Assembly: GCA_042584585.1 (NCBI GenBank)
Contig: JBHOSQ010000010.1
Location: 1 to 39,456, forward strand
Length of the DNA: 39,456 bases
From: an archaeon
Lineage (GTDB): Archaea; B1Sed10-29; WALL01
Direction: 5' to 3'
Part shown: one piece after another, positions 1 to 9,074 of the stretch
Layout: every line of letters starts with the position of its first letter
Position numbering within the stretch: position 1 is the stretch's first letter
The notes under the pieces: model-generated
What the model was told of the DNA's origin: nothing
The model's database searches: none
Seen by the model: the letters and a program-made list of their open reading frames with translations, nothing else
Translations under genes and position numbers: made by a program

Positions 1-1364
1 GGGTAAGCCGTGTGGATGGCACTCGCCTCGCGCGTCATGCCGTCGATGTAAATGGGTATGTCCCAGTCGTTGCGCTTCGCGTATTCCTCGAGCACCAGCA
101 TAATCTCCTGTGCCCTGCCAATCGCGAACACCGGAATCAGCACGGACCCGCCGTTCTCGCAGGTGTCCTTTATGCTTTGCACAAGCTTCTTGTCCGAGAC
201 GTACCGCGGGGGCATCATGTCGCGGTTCCCGCCGTAAGTGGACTCCATAATCAGTGTCTCTAGCCGGGGGTATCTGGTGTGAACGTTGTCGAACAGCTTG
301 GTGTACCCGAACTTGAAGTCTCCGGTGTACAGCAGGTTGTGGACGCCTTGCCCTATGTGAAGGTGCGCGCTCGCCGAGCCAAGGATGTGCCCGGCGTTGT
401 GCAGCGTCAGCCGCATGTCCGGCGAGATGTCTGTAACCTCCCCATAATCCCGCGTAATCACGTACTTCATGGTGGTCTTGATGTCTTTGTCCTTGTAAGG
501 CGGGTCGATGCCTTCTTTTTTGAGGACGCCCACGTAGTCCATTTGCAGCAGCGCCATTAAGTCCCTCGTCGGCGCGGTGCAGTACGTGGGCCCCTTGAAT
601 CCGTATTGGTATAGGTACGGCACAAACCCGCTGTGGTCGAGGTGTGCGTGCGATATAATCACGGCGTCCAGCTCGTCAATCGCAAAGTTGATTGAGCCAA
701 GGTGCGGGTATGCCCTGTCCCGAGAGGCAACGTTGATGCCGCAGTCAATGAGGATTTTGGACTCGGGGGTCTCCATGAGGAAGCAGCTCCTCCCGACTTC
801 CCTCGCGCCCCCGAGGGGGGTGAGCCTGACCCAGTCGGTTCCTTTCGCGCCGTCGCGGTAAATCCTCGCCGCGGTTTCCTTCAGGAACTTGACGCGGTCC
901 TTGTTTTCTTTGAGCAGCGTGTACCGAATGCCCTTTATGACGGGTGATGGCTGTGTCGGCACCCTCAAAATCTGTGGGTACCACCCGGTTTGTACTGTGA
1001 TTGCCTTGAGTGTGGAGCCGTGCTTGCCGATGACGAGTCCCGGCTTCTTGGATTCTATCACGACTTCGTTGAGCTCGCCGTCGAACCCGATGCCCTCAAT
1101 TCCGGCTTCCGTTGGGACGAGTTCCAGTATTTTTTTCTTGGCGGTCTCTGGGTCCTGGAGCAGTGAGCTGTCGGAGCGGACGTGCACGCGCTTCTTGAGC
1201 TGGCTCGCCAATGCCTTGACGAGGCCCTCCGTCTCCAAAAAGAGCTGCATGTTCCGCGTGTGGATTACGACTTCTGACCCAAGCATGACTACCTTGGTGA
1301 CCAGTGCTTCGGCTGGCACTATTTCTTGGACTTTTTTCTCTATTTGTTTGGTAAATTCTGGCAT
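1..1364 (-). CDS. fttA: Beta-CASP ribonuclease aCPSF1 / transcription termination factor FttA (3' end runs off the window)
   Basis: Not in the ORF track because it has no stop in the window. Hand translation from ATG 1364 gives MPEFTKQIEKKVQEIVP..., a KH motif KKPGLVIGKHG, LGGAREVGRSC, ILIDCG and the metallo-beta-lactamase motif SHAHLDH. It lies downstream of the proteasome beta gene, a known archaeal linkage. Confidence 0.95.
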   Translation of the reverse strand, partial: MPEFTKQIEKKVQEIVPAEALVTKVVMLGSEVVIHTRNMQLFLETEGLVKALASQLKKRVHVRSDSSLLQDPETAKKKILELVPTEAGIEGIGFDGELNEVVIESKKPGLVIGKHGSTLKAITVQTGWYPQILRVPTQPSPVIKGIRYTLLKENKDRVKFLKETAARIYRDGAKGTDWVRLTPLGGAREVGRSCFLMETPESKILIDCGINVASRDRAYPHLGSINFAIDELDAVIISHAHLDHSGFVPYLYQYGFKGPTYCTAPTRDLMALLQMDYVGVLKKEGIDPPYKDKDIKTTMKYVITRDYGEVTDISPDMRLTLHNAGHILGSASAHLHIGQGVHNLLYTGDFKFGYTKLFDNVHTRYPRLETLIMESTYGGNRDMMPPRYVSDKKLVQSIKDTCENGGSVLIPVFAIGRAQEIMLVLEEYAKRNDWDIPIYIDGMTREASAIHTAY

Positions 1365-1407
1365 ATCCTAGCCTCTACGCCCTGGCTGGTGTTTGGGCAC
1401 TAGGTCT

Positions 1408-2016
1408 TTACTTTAGGTATCCTGCTGGGTCGACGTGTCTGTAGCCACTCTTGGTGATGGCTACTAGCTTTATGTTGTTTCCAGAGAACGCGTCCCTCTC
1501 GAGTGCTGACTTGATTGCCTTGGCCGCGACCGGAAGGTTTTCCTCGATGGTCGCGTCTTCTTTGTAGTCTGCTTCGAGCAGGCCGTAGGCAAACGGCGAG
1601 CCGCTGCCGGTGGAAACAACTTTTTCCTCGAGCGCGCTCCCTACCGCGTCGAGTGAGTACAGCCTTGGTTTGCTGTCGTATCCCCCGACAAGCAGCTGCA
1701 CCCAGTATGGGAAGTACTTGTTCCCGTGGAGTACGTTAGATAGTAGTGAGACCGCGGAGTCCACCTTGATTGGGTGGTCTCTCTCGATTTGGTATAGGTT
1801 GGTCTCGACCTGCATGAGGCGCACCAGCTTTTGGGCGTCGGCGACGCTTCCGGCGGTGGTCATCCAGATGTGGTCCTGTATCTTGAATATTTTGGGCGTG
1901 TCCTTGTTCGCAATCAAGTTACCCATCGTCGCCCGGCTTTCGCTCGCGAGGATGACTCCGTCCTTGCACTTGAGCCCGAGAGTTGTGGTTCCGTGTCGTT
2001 CGTTTTCCTTGTCCAC
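1408..2016 (-). CDS. psmB: Proteasome subunit beta
   Basis: Short propeptide ending HG|TTTLGL with the catalytic Thr, plus AGSVADAQ and STGSGSPFAYG. GTG start preceded by AGGTGA. Confidence 0.96.
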   Translation of the reverse strand: MDKENERHGTTTLGLKCKDGVILASESRATMGNLIANKDTPKIFKIQDHIWMTTAGSVADAQKLVRLMQVETNLYQIERDHPIKVDSAVSLLSNVLHGNKYFPYWVQLLVGGYDSKPRLYSLDAVGSALEEKVVSTGSGSPFAYGLLEADYKEDATIEENLPVAAKAIKSALERDAFSGNNIKLVAITKSGYRHVDPAGYLK

Positions 2017-2082
2017 TAACTAATCACCTGTAAATACTACAGAACAAGACAATGCTATTAGCTGCCCCACCCTATAAAAGCG

Positions 2083-2751
2083 TTATGCCTTTTTATACTC
2101 TTCAACGAATTCGACGCTGTAGTCCGGGAATTTTTCGGTTACTTGGGTGATGAAGTACGCCTTGGCCTGGCCGTACATCTTCGTGGTCAGGATTTCGTTG
2201 TTGGGTGTGGCAACCACTTTCTTGCCCTTCAGCTCGGTCTTGAGGTCGCCTTCCTTGAAGAACTGGTTGGCAAGCGCATCAATCTTTTCGTCGTCTTTTG
2301 TCAGGACGTTCACGACCTTCAGGTCAAAGTCCAGGGTTCTGCCAGCAAGCTCGTGGTTGAAGTCCACTCGGACCCTCCCGCCACTAACACTCTGCACCCT
2401 TGCAGTCATATTATCTAATTGAACAGGCATTCCCGGAAACGGGTTCAGCTTGTTGTCGGTGAATACCTTGAGCGGCACGACTTTGATGAGCTTCGCGTCC
2501 CTGGGGCCGTATCCTTCGTCGGGCTGGATTGTGAGCTTTTTTTCTCCGCCTTTTTCCATTCCCACAAGGGCCTTATCCATTCCCTTGATTAAGTCGCCCT
2601 TGCCGGCCGCGACTACTAGGGGCCTGTACACGCGTTCCTCAATGAATATGTTGTTGTCTTTGGCGACTTTTTCTTCGGTAGTGTCGAACACTTGCCCGTT
2701 GGTGCGGCCTGTGTAGTCCAGCAGCACAAAGTCTCCCTCTTTTATGGTCAT
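2083..2751 (-). CDS. FKBP-type peptidyl-prolyl cis-trans isomerase (long archaeal SlyD-like)
   Basis: GDFVLLDYTG, VFDTT, PDEGYGPRD and VDFNHELAGRTLDF, with the archaeal C-terminal extension. Confidence 0.93.
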   Translation of the reverse strand: MTIKEGDFVLLDYTGRTNGQVFDTTEEKVAKDNNIFIEERVYRPLVVAAGKGDLIKGMDKALVGMEKGGEKKLTIQPDEGYGPRDAKLIKVVPLKVFTDNKLNPFPGMPVQLDNMTARVQSVSGGRVRVDFNHELAGRTLDFDLKVVNVLTKDDEKIDALANQFFKEGDLKTELKGKKVVATPNNEILTTKMYGQAKAYFITQVTEKFPDYSVEFVEEYKKA

Positions 2752-2806
2752 GGGGGAGCATTCTGCACGATAACCTATTTAAACGTTATCCCTCCCTAAA
2801 GCAAGC

Positions 2807-3409
2807 ATGGTTTCACGCGCAAAGCTTATTGTCGTCACTATCATCGTTGCCCTTGGCCTAATCGGGCCGATGTCCTTCATCGCGCAAGAGGCGGCAAAAG
2901 AGCCGCCCCAAGAGCTTGTCGGCGTCGACGAGCCAACGCAGCTCCCGAGCCAGCCACGCAAGTTCACCCAAACCCTTGAGTACGAGGCCACGGTGACCGC
3001 GGACATAGTCTCTGTCGACCCGCAGCTAATCGTGATACTGGTCTCTGAGTCCAACGAGACAGAAGCCCTTTTGTCCAACTTGTCCACTGCTTCCCTGGCC
3101 TCCGTTGAGGGAGAAGGCGGTGTCTACCGCACCATCTTTGGGCTGACGGACGCCTCTGACTATCCCGCAGTCCTTTCGGAGCTAGAAGAAATCAACATGA
3201 CTGTGGTGGACCAGGGCATGCCCGCCACCATCCGGCTGCCTGACTCCTTCTCCGCGTACCGCGGCGAGTTCGAGTACACTTTGTCGCCAAGCGCGTCTGA
3301 CAAGGTTGAAGCAGTGATTTCCGGCGAGACCCAGTCTGGCCCCGCAGAGTTTTCACTCAGAATAACAAAGTCCGGCGACAAGATGGAAATCCTGGCAGTA
3401 GAAAACTAG
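2807..3409 (+). CDS. Hypothetical protein with N-terminal signal/TM anchor and acidic extracellular domain
   Basis: 200 aa; hydrophobic LIVVTIIVALGLIGPMSFIA; TTTAAA box at 2778-2783; stop overlaps the NAC stop at CTAG. Confidence 0.75.
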   Translation: MVSRAKLIVVTIIVALGLIGPMSFIAQEAAKEPPQELVGVDEPTQLPSQPRKFTQTLEYEATVTADIVSVDPQLIVILVSESNETEALLSNLSTASLASVEGEGGVYRTIFGLTDASDYPAVLSELEEINMTVVDQGMPATIRLPDSFSAYRGEFEYTLSPSASDKVEAVISGETQSGPAEFSLRITKSGDKMEILAVEN

Positions 3410-3732
3410 CCTTGTAGTGCCATTATCGCTTCCGCGATATCCCCGCCACTCTTCTCGAGCGCCTCGCGCGCTTTGGCCTCGTCAACGCTTGCTTGTTCCA
3501 TCACCATTTTGACGTCGTCCCCAGACGGGCCGCTGGCCCTCTCGCTGACGTCGCCCATCACTTGATAGGTTTTGGTGCCCTGCATCTCGACTTCGACGAC
3601 CTTGGGGTTCGTCACAACGATGTCCTTGTCCCCAACCTTAATCACGACTTCGTCTGCGTTGATTTCTTTTTGCTTTATGCCCATTGCCTTCATTGCTTGG
3701 GCCATTTGCTTTGGGTTCATTCCCGGCATCAT
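3406..3732 (-). CDS. nac: Nascent polypeptide-associated complex protein
   Basis: MNPKQMAQAMKAMGI, NAC barrel, and UBA-like tail DDVKMVMEQASV...GDIAEAIM. Confidence 0.95.
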   Translation of the reverse strand: MMPGMNPKQMAQAMKAMGIKQKEINADEVVIKVGDKDIVVTNPKVVEVEMQGTKTYQVMGDVSERASGPSGDDVKMVMEQASVDEAKAREALEKSGGDIAEAIMALQG

Positions 3733-3786
3733 GACTATACCCTTTTGAGCAAAAGCTATTAAATACCTTCCGCGTAGTTTGTGTCA

Positions 3787-4434
3787 ATGGCCATTACCAT
3801 CGGCAGCTTCGCCGAGTTCAAAAAGCTAGTCCCTAAGGACATGGCTGAGTCGTATCCCTCCCGCCAGAGCGCGGTCGAGACCTATCTCTTGATGGGCGGG
3901 GTCACCAAGTTCGAGAAGGCGGGTGGCTTTCCCCACTTGGTCTATCCAACGCCGAAGCGCCTTGAGGATCAGATCCAGGAGGCCGAGAAAAAAATCGCGG
4001 GGTGGGACAAGTCCCTTGGTGACTGGCACCGAAGGCACCACCACCTGAAAACCAACAAGGTTACTGACGTGGCCAAGCGCGCCGCCGACCCATTGTACTG
4101 GGAGCACCGCGCCAAGCTCGTCACCGACCCGGCTTACCGTGCGACGCACGATTTGGTGAGGCCCCCAATCCACTTATTGAACCGCGAGAAGTGGCGGAAG
4201 CGCCTGAAGCTGTTCATCCGCTCAAAAGAGTACCGCCTTCGCCTGCACGAGGCCCGCGTCTCGTCAATAGGGAAGAAGCGCGCCCCAATGGTCGAGGAAG
4301 TCGAGGCGCGCCTGGACTTCAACCGCAAGATGGCAAAACACGAGCTCGAAAAGATTGAGGAAAAGCGCAACAAGCTCAAGAAAAAGCTTTCCGCGATGAA
4401 GACCCTTCTAGTATGGTCCAAGTCGGTCCGCTAA
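3787..4434 (+). CDS. Hypothetical basic, helical/coiled-coil protein
   Basis: Long ORF with a TTAAATA box at 3759-3765, 21 nt before ATG 3787. K/R/H-rich; no family recognised. Confidence 0.75.
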   Translation: MAITIGSFAEFKKLVPKDMAESYPSRQSAVETYLLMGGVTKFEKAGGFPHLVYPTPKRLEDQIQEAEKKIAGWDKSLGDWHRRHHHLKTNKVTDVAKRAADPLYWEHRAKLVTDPAYRATHDLVRPPIHLLNREKWRKRLKLFIRSKEYRLRLHEARVSSIGKKRAPMVEEVEARLDFNRKMAKHELEKIEEKRNKLKKKLSAMKTLLVWSKSVR

Positions 4435-4467
4435 AACCAAAAAGACTTTTGTTGGTTGGTTTTGTTT

Positions 4468-5034
4468 ATGAAATCAGATAGGCAATGCACCCCACGGTCT
4501 AGGGCAGAATGGCGAAACTGGCTAAAGAAAAACCACGAACACGAGACCCGTGTGCGCGTGATAAGGTACAAAAAGCACACTAAGAGGCCGTCGCCTAGTT
4601 ACCAAGAGTTGATGGACGAGGCAATCTGCTTTGGGTGGATTGACACGACCATAAATCGGATTGATGACGAGAGGTACGCCATTCATTTTGTCAAGAGAAA
4701 AAAGACCGCCAGATGGAGCAACAACACGCGGAGTTACGCAAAGCGGCTCATAAAAGAAAAAAGGATGACTGCCGCGGGGCTTAAGGCTTACAAAGGCGGC
4801 CTGAAGTGGCCAACGTTTGACCACAACCTCCCAAAAAATCCACGCCCCTCAAAAGAGCTTCTCAAAGAGTTGTCAAAAAACAAGGCGGCTCTGGAAAACT
4901 TCAACGGCTTCGCCCCGTCTTACAAGCGGTTTTACATTCGTTGGATTGAACGGGCAAAAAGGAAAGAGACCCGGGACAAAAGGATAAGCCAAGTTGTGCA
5001 AAGGTCCGCCGAAAACAAGAAGCCCAATGCCTGA
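4468..5034 (+). CDS. YdeI/OmpD-associated family protein
   Basis: SRAEWRNWLKKNH, EAICFGWID, WSNN, MTAAG and APSYKRFYIRWIERAKRKETRDKRI match the YdeI pattern. Confidence 0.9.
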   Translation: MKSDRQCTPRSRAEWRNWLKKNHEHETRVRVIRYKKHTKRPSPSYQELMDEAICFGWIDTTINRIDDERYAIHFVKRKKTARWSNNTRSYAKRLIKEKRMTAAGLKAYKGGLKWPTFDHNLPKNPRPSKELLKELSKNKAALENFNGFAPSYKRFYIRWIERAKRKETRDKRISQVVQRSAENKKPNA

Positions 5035-5046
5035 ACCGGAGTAAAC

Positions 5047-5268
5047 CTACAACAAAGCCGCGAAGCCCGGCCAAATAATTGCCATGAACGGCTTCTGCTC
5101 GAACGTGAACGCAATCACTTCCAGCACCGTCGGAATCCCAACCGACAGCAAGAACAGGAGCTCCGGGATTCTCTCGATTTTGTATCCCTTGCCCTCGTCG
5201 ATTATCGCGAGCACTAGGCCCCATGCAACCACGTTAATCAACCACGAAAGCGCGTAACCGAATACCAT
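5047..5268 (-). CDS. Small membrane protein
   Basis: 73 aa with 2-3 hydrophobic segments; TATA-like TATATTAA about 24 nt upstream on the minus strand. Confidence 0.6.
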   Translation of the reverse strand: MVFGYALSWLINVVAWGLVLAIIDEGKGYKIERIPELLFLLSVGIPTVLEVIAFTFEQKPFMAIIWPGFAALL

Positions 5269-5354
5269 AAGCCAACTACTGCCTCCAACTTAATATAACT
5301 CTCGGCAACCCGTATTACTCCTCCTTTTAAAGCCCCCGTTTCCAAACTTTTCCT

Positions 5355-7436
5355 GTGCTCAAGCAGTTGGGAATCGACAAGCTCAACCCCGTGCAGGAAG
5401 AAGCGCTAGCCACGCGGTTCATCGAAAACCGCGCGAACATCGTCGTCTCCTCCCCAACAGGCAGCGGCAAAACCCTTGTCGCCCTCTTGGCGGCGCTCGA
5501 GGCCATAAAAAACGGCAAGAAAGCCGTCTTCACCTGCCCCCTCAAGGCCCTCGCTTCCGAGCACTACGACACCTTCAAAAAAATCAAGGGAATCAAAGTC
5601 GCCCTGTCAATCGGTGACCTGGACGCCCGCGACCCGTTCCTCCAAAACTATGACTTGATTGTCACTAGCTACGAAAAGCTTGACTCCCTCATGCGCCACA
5701 AGTCCAAGTTCATTCCCGACACTGCGGTCCTCGTCGCGGACGAGATACACCTCCTCGACACGAACCGCGGCGCCACCCTCGAAACAATCATAACGCGCTT
5801 CCGCCAGCTCCTCCCGAAGTGCCAAATCATCGCGCTTTCCGCCACGGTCCCCAACGCCAAGGAAATCGCGGACTGGCTGAACGCCGAGCTCGTCCAGAGC
5901 GACTGGCGCCCGACCAAATTGGTAAAGGGCGTCTACTACGAAAACATTATCGAGACCGACGACGAAACAATCGAGGTCTCCTCAACCGCAAAAACCCCGG
6001 TGCTGCAATTGGTCGCCGACACTATCGCGCGCGACGGCCAGGCGCTGGTATTCGTCAACACCCGCAAGTCAGCGGTCGCCGAGGCGCGCCGCATCGCCGC
6101 CACACTCGACCTAAAAAACGACGCCCTCGCCGAAAAAATCCTTTCCGCTTTAGAGTCTCCAACCCGCCAGTGCAAGGAACTCGCGGAAATAGTGCGCAAG
6201 GGCGCGGCCTTCCACACGGCTGCCCTTGTCTCCGAGCAAAGAAAGCTAATCGAAAACGCTTTCCGCGAAGGAAAAATAAAGGCCATCGCCGCCACGCCGA
6301 CCCTCGCCATGGGCGTTAACACTCCTGCCGACACGGTGATTGTCCGCGACTTGTCCCGCTACACCGAGAACGGCCTCGCCCCCATCCCGGTCCGCGAGTA
6401 CCTCCAAATGGCTGGCCGCGCGGGCCGCCCCAACTACAGCAAGGAAGGCCTCGCGGTCTGTGTCGCCAAGGACGTGTCCGACAAGGACTCGTTCATGAGC
6501 GACTACGTCTTCGGCAACCCCGAAAAAGTCTATTCCCAGCTCGGCTTCGAGCCAGTGCTCCGCACCCAGCTCTTGGCCAGCATCGCGGTGGGCTTCACGC
6601 CCAGCCGCAAGAAGCTGGACGAATTCCTCCTGAACTCTTTTTACGCTTTCCAGTACGGCGAAATAGATTCCATTAAGCGCAAGGCGGATTCAATCCTCCA
6701 CGAGCTTGAGGATTGGGGCTTCATCGAGATGGGAGACCACTTGCTGCCCACACCGTTGGGCCGCAGGGTTTCCGAGCTTTACCTAGACCCGTACTCCGCT
6801 TTTGTCCTGTTAAAGTCCATGCGCGAGCGCGAGATGGGCGAGCTAGGCCTTTTGTACATGCTCACTGCCACGGACGAATTGCGCCCTTATCTCCGCGCCC
6901 GCTCCGGTGAGGAGTCCACGCTTTGGTCCAACGCCCACTCAAACGAAAAAGAGTTGGGCATCGACTGCGTGAACGTGGGGTTCGAGGACTACAACTTCTT
7001 GGACAAGTACAAGACCACCCTACTGCTTCGCGATTGGGCGGAAGAAGTGCAGGAAGACTTAATCATCGAAAAGTACGGAGTCGCCCCCGGAATCCTCCGC
7101 GCGAAGCTGTCGAACTGGAAGTGGGTCGCGTACGCGGCGATCGAGCTGGCCAAACTGGAGCACTTGCCCCTCAAGGAGCTCCGCAAGGCCGAGCGCCGCA
7201 TCAAGTACGGAGTGCGCGGAGAGCTGCTCCCGTTGGTGGAACTCAAGGGAATTGGCCGTGTGCGCGCACGCAAGTTGTTCAACGCTTCAATCAAGACCAT
7301 TCCGGACATCGAAAAGACTCCTGCCACGGACTTGGCTCGCGTCCTCGGCCCGCGCGTGGCAGAATCTGTCAAGAAGCAGCTGGGAGAGGAAGTCTCGCTT
7401 TCCACGGGCAAAACGAACCAGTCCAAACTGAAGTAA
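5355..7436 (+). CDS. hel308: Ski2-like SF2 DNA helicase Hel308/Hjm
   Basis: Q motif (LNPVQ), PTGSGKT, DEIH, SAT, TPTLAMGVN, QMAGRAGRP, and C-terminal HhH with GIGRVRARKLF. Confidence 0.95.
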   Translation: MLKQLGIDKLNPVQEEALATRFIENRANIVVSSPTGSGKTLVALLAALEAIKNGKKAVFTCPLKALASEHYDTFKKIKGIKVALSIGDLDARDPFLQNYDLIVTSYEKLDSLMRHKSKFIPDTAVLVADEIHLLDTNRGATLETIITRFRQLLPKCQIIALSATVPNAKEIADWLNAELVQSDWRPTKLVKGVYYENIIETDDETIEVSSTAKTPVLQLVADTIARDGQALVFVNTRKSAVAEARRIAATLDLKNDALAEKILSALESPTRQCKELAEIVRKGAAFHTAALVSEQRKLIENAFREGKIKAIAATPTLAMGVNTPADTVIVRDLSRYTENGLAPIPVREYLQMAGRAGRPNYSKEGLAVCVAKDVSDKDSFMSDYVFGNPEKVYSQLGFEPVLRTQLLASIAVGFTPSRKKLDEFLLNSFYAFQYGEIDSIKRKADSILHELEDWGFIEMGDHLLPTPLGRRVSELYLDPYSAFVLLKSMREREMGELGLLYMLTATDELRPYLRARSGEESTLWSNAHSNEKELGIDCVNVGFEDYNFLDKYKTTLLLRDWAEEVQEDLIIEKYGVAPGILRAKLSNWKWVAYAAIELAKLEHLPLKELRKAERRIKYGVRGELLPLVELKGIGRVRARKLFNASIKTIPDIEKTPATDLARVLGPRVAESVKKQLGEEVSLSTGKTNQSKLK

Positions 7437-7465
7437 TTAAATAGCCCCCACGCCTTTTTTCTTTC

Positions 7466-7909
7466 ATGGGATTGCTTGACAAGGCAGCTAGTGTGTTCAG
7501 CGGCGGAGCGAGTGCGGGCCTCACCCTCACGCCCAATAACCCCAGACTACACAGGGGTGAAGAGGTTGGGTTTAGCTATGCCATCCGCCCAAAGTCTTCT
7601 TTTAATTGCCGTGGGGTTAGGGTGGAGCTGCAGTCCGTCGAGACTTCCAGCGCGTCTGTTGGCACGGGCAGTGGGTCCCGGGATGGCACCGAGGTGAGCA
7701 TCATCCACCAGTCCAAGACCGAGCTGATGGGGGAAAGCACGTTCACAGAAAACGTGGCCAAGGACGGCACAGGCAAGATTTTGATTCCTGCCGACGTGCA
7801 GCCGACTTACAACGGCAAAAACGCTTCACACGTCTGGAAGCTGCGCCTGGTGGTCGATATCGCGATGGGCGTCGACCTGAAGGAGATTGTGGAGCTCACT
7901 GTTTTGTGA
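7466..7909 (+). CDS. Spo0M/arrestin-N-like beta-sandwich protein
   Basis: Amphipathic N-terminus MGLLDKAASVFSG, then RGVRVEL...E, IPADVQPTYNG and WKLRLVVDIAMGVD, which fits an arrestin_N/Spo0M pattern. Confidence 0.65.
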   Translation: MGLLDKAASVFSGGASAGLTLTPNNPRLHRGEEVGFSYAIRPKSSFNCRGVRVELQSVETSSASVGTGSGSRDGTEVSIIHQSKTELMGESTFTENVAKDGTGKILIPADVQPTYNGKNASHVWKLRLVVDIAMGVDLKEIVELTVL

Positions 7910-7944
7910 TAAGGGTTAAATAGATTACCACTAATATTTAGGCG

Positions 7945-8292
7945 ATGTTCCAGTGGACTACTTTCGGAAAGGTCAAGTACGAGGACACTGTCTTCAGCCA
8001 AGACATCGTGATTTCGACTGATGGCGACGTCTATGAGCGCCGGGCAAAGAACCCACTCGAGATAACTTCGGACGAGCTGGACGAAAGCATTGACAAGAAA
8101 ACCAAGATCCTGCTTATCGGCACCGGCCATTACGGCGTCGTCCGCCTGACACCGGACGCGATGGCGTACATCAAGGACATGAAGCTTGAGCTCGTCGAGA
8201 AAGAGACGCCGGACGCCATCGATTACTACAACGAGCGCATGGGCGCCAAGGGCAGGAAGCCGAAAATCACTGCCATCATCCGTGTGATTTGA
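7945..8292 (+). CDS. Mth938/DUF498-like protein (copy 1)
   Basis: FGKV...DIVI, LLIGTGHYG, TPDAIDYYN. Confidence 0.85.
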   Translation: MFQWTTFGKVKYEDTVFSQDIVISTDGDVYERRAKNPLEITSDELDESIDKKTKILLIGTGHYGVVRLTPDAMAYIKDMKLELVEKETPDAIDYYNERMGAKGRKPKITAIIRVI

Positions 8293-8293
8293 A

Positions 8294-8632
8294 ATGTTTG
8301 ACTCGTTTTCTTTCGGCTGCATCACTTGGAACCACGAGCCCCACAAATACGACGTCGTGGTCATCGACTCCCAACTCCGGGAGCGTGGCCCCCGCGACAA
8401 CAACCACTTGTTGGCAGCGCCAGAGCTCCAGAACTACCTAAAACAAAACACAAAAAAAGTCGTAATCGGCACCGGCGAGTCCGGCGTGCTTGAGGTCTCC
8501 GGCGACGCCCGCGCCTTGATGGAGTCAAAAGGGATCGAGTGGGTTGCGGCCCCGAGCGCCGAGGCAATCGGGCTCTACAACAGCGAGCCAGACAAATCAA
8601 TTGTCGTCGCGGTCATCCACTCGACTTGTTGA
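8294..8632 (+). CDS. Mth938/AAMDC-like protein (copy 2)
   Basis: FSFGCI...DVVV, VVIGTGESG, AIGLYN and C-terminal IHSTC. Confidence 0.9.
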   Translation: MFDSFSFGCITWNHEPHKYDVVVIDSQLRERGPRDNNHLLAAPELQNYLKQNTKKVVIGTGESGVLEVSGDARALMESKGIEWVAAPSAEAIGLYNSEPDKSIVVAVIHSTC

Positions 8633-9062
8633 GCACGAGTTCCCTCACTGGCCTCCACTCAATCCGGTCTTCCCCGAACCCGAGCTTTTTGGCCGTCTCC
8701 ATGACACTGCCGCGGCTCTCCGCCTCGACTTCGATGGTCCATCCAAGCCCATCAATCTTTTCTATGAAGAATTCATTCCCGTCCAGAACCCGTGAAGTGC
8801 AGTTGCCCCTCCGCACCTTAAGCCATAATCGGTATCCTTTTGAAACCAGAGCCTGCTCGGCGTTTTCGTCCGGGACTTTCGTTTTTTCTGTTCCCTCGCC
8901 CGTGACAATGTAATTAATCCCATCAACAAGCCTAACCCGGGCTATGTCGTCCCCTCTCCTGTAGTAGTCATCCCCGGCCCAGCTGTACTCGTGCAGCAAC
9001 TCGCTTTGCTGGATGAGTGACTGCGCTTCTTTTTCGCTGATGAAAACCCGTGCCTCAGCCAT
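8613..9062 (-). CDS. Divergent CYTH (class IV adenylate cyclase / triphosphate tunnel) domain protein
   Basis: DDYY, IARVR, KVRR and IDGLGWTIEVE; the N-terminal ExExK motif is degenerate (MAEAR). Confidence 0.7.
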   Translation of the reverse strand: MAEARVFISEKEAQSLIQQSELLHEYSWAGDDYYRRGDDIARVRLVDGINYIVTGEGTEKTKVPDENAEQALVSKGYRLWLKVRRGNCTSRVLDGNEFFIEKIDGLGWTIEVEAESRGSVMETAKKLGFGEDRIEWRPVRELVLNKSSG

Positions 9063-9074
9063 TCACACAACCCC

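Noticed and set aside
12-1371. Plus-strand ORFs at the window start
   Set aside because: They are antisense shadows of the aCPSF1 gene, whose frame is missing from the ORF track only because it lacks a stop in the window.
8624-8632. Selenocysteine or readthrough at the HSTC-TGA end of Mth938 copy 2
   Set aside because: HSTC is the normal C-terminus of this family, no SECIS-like element was seen, and TGA is used as a normal stop throughout the window.
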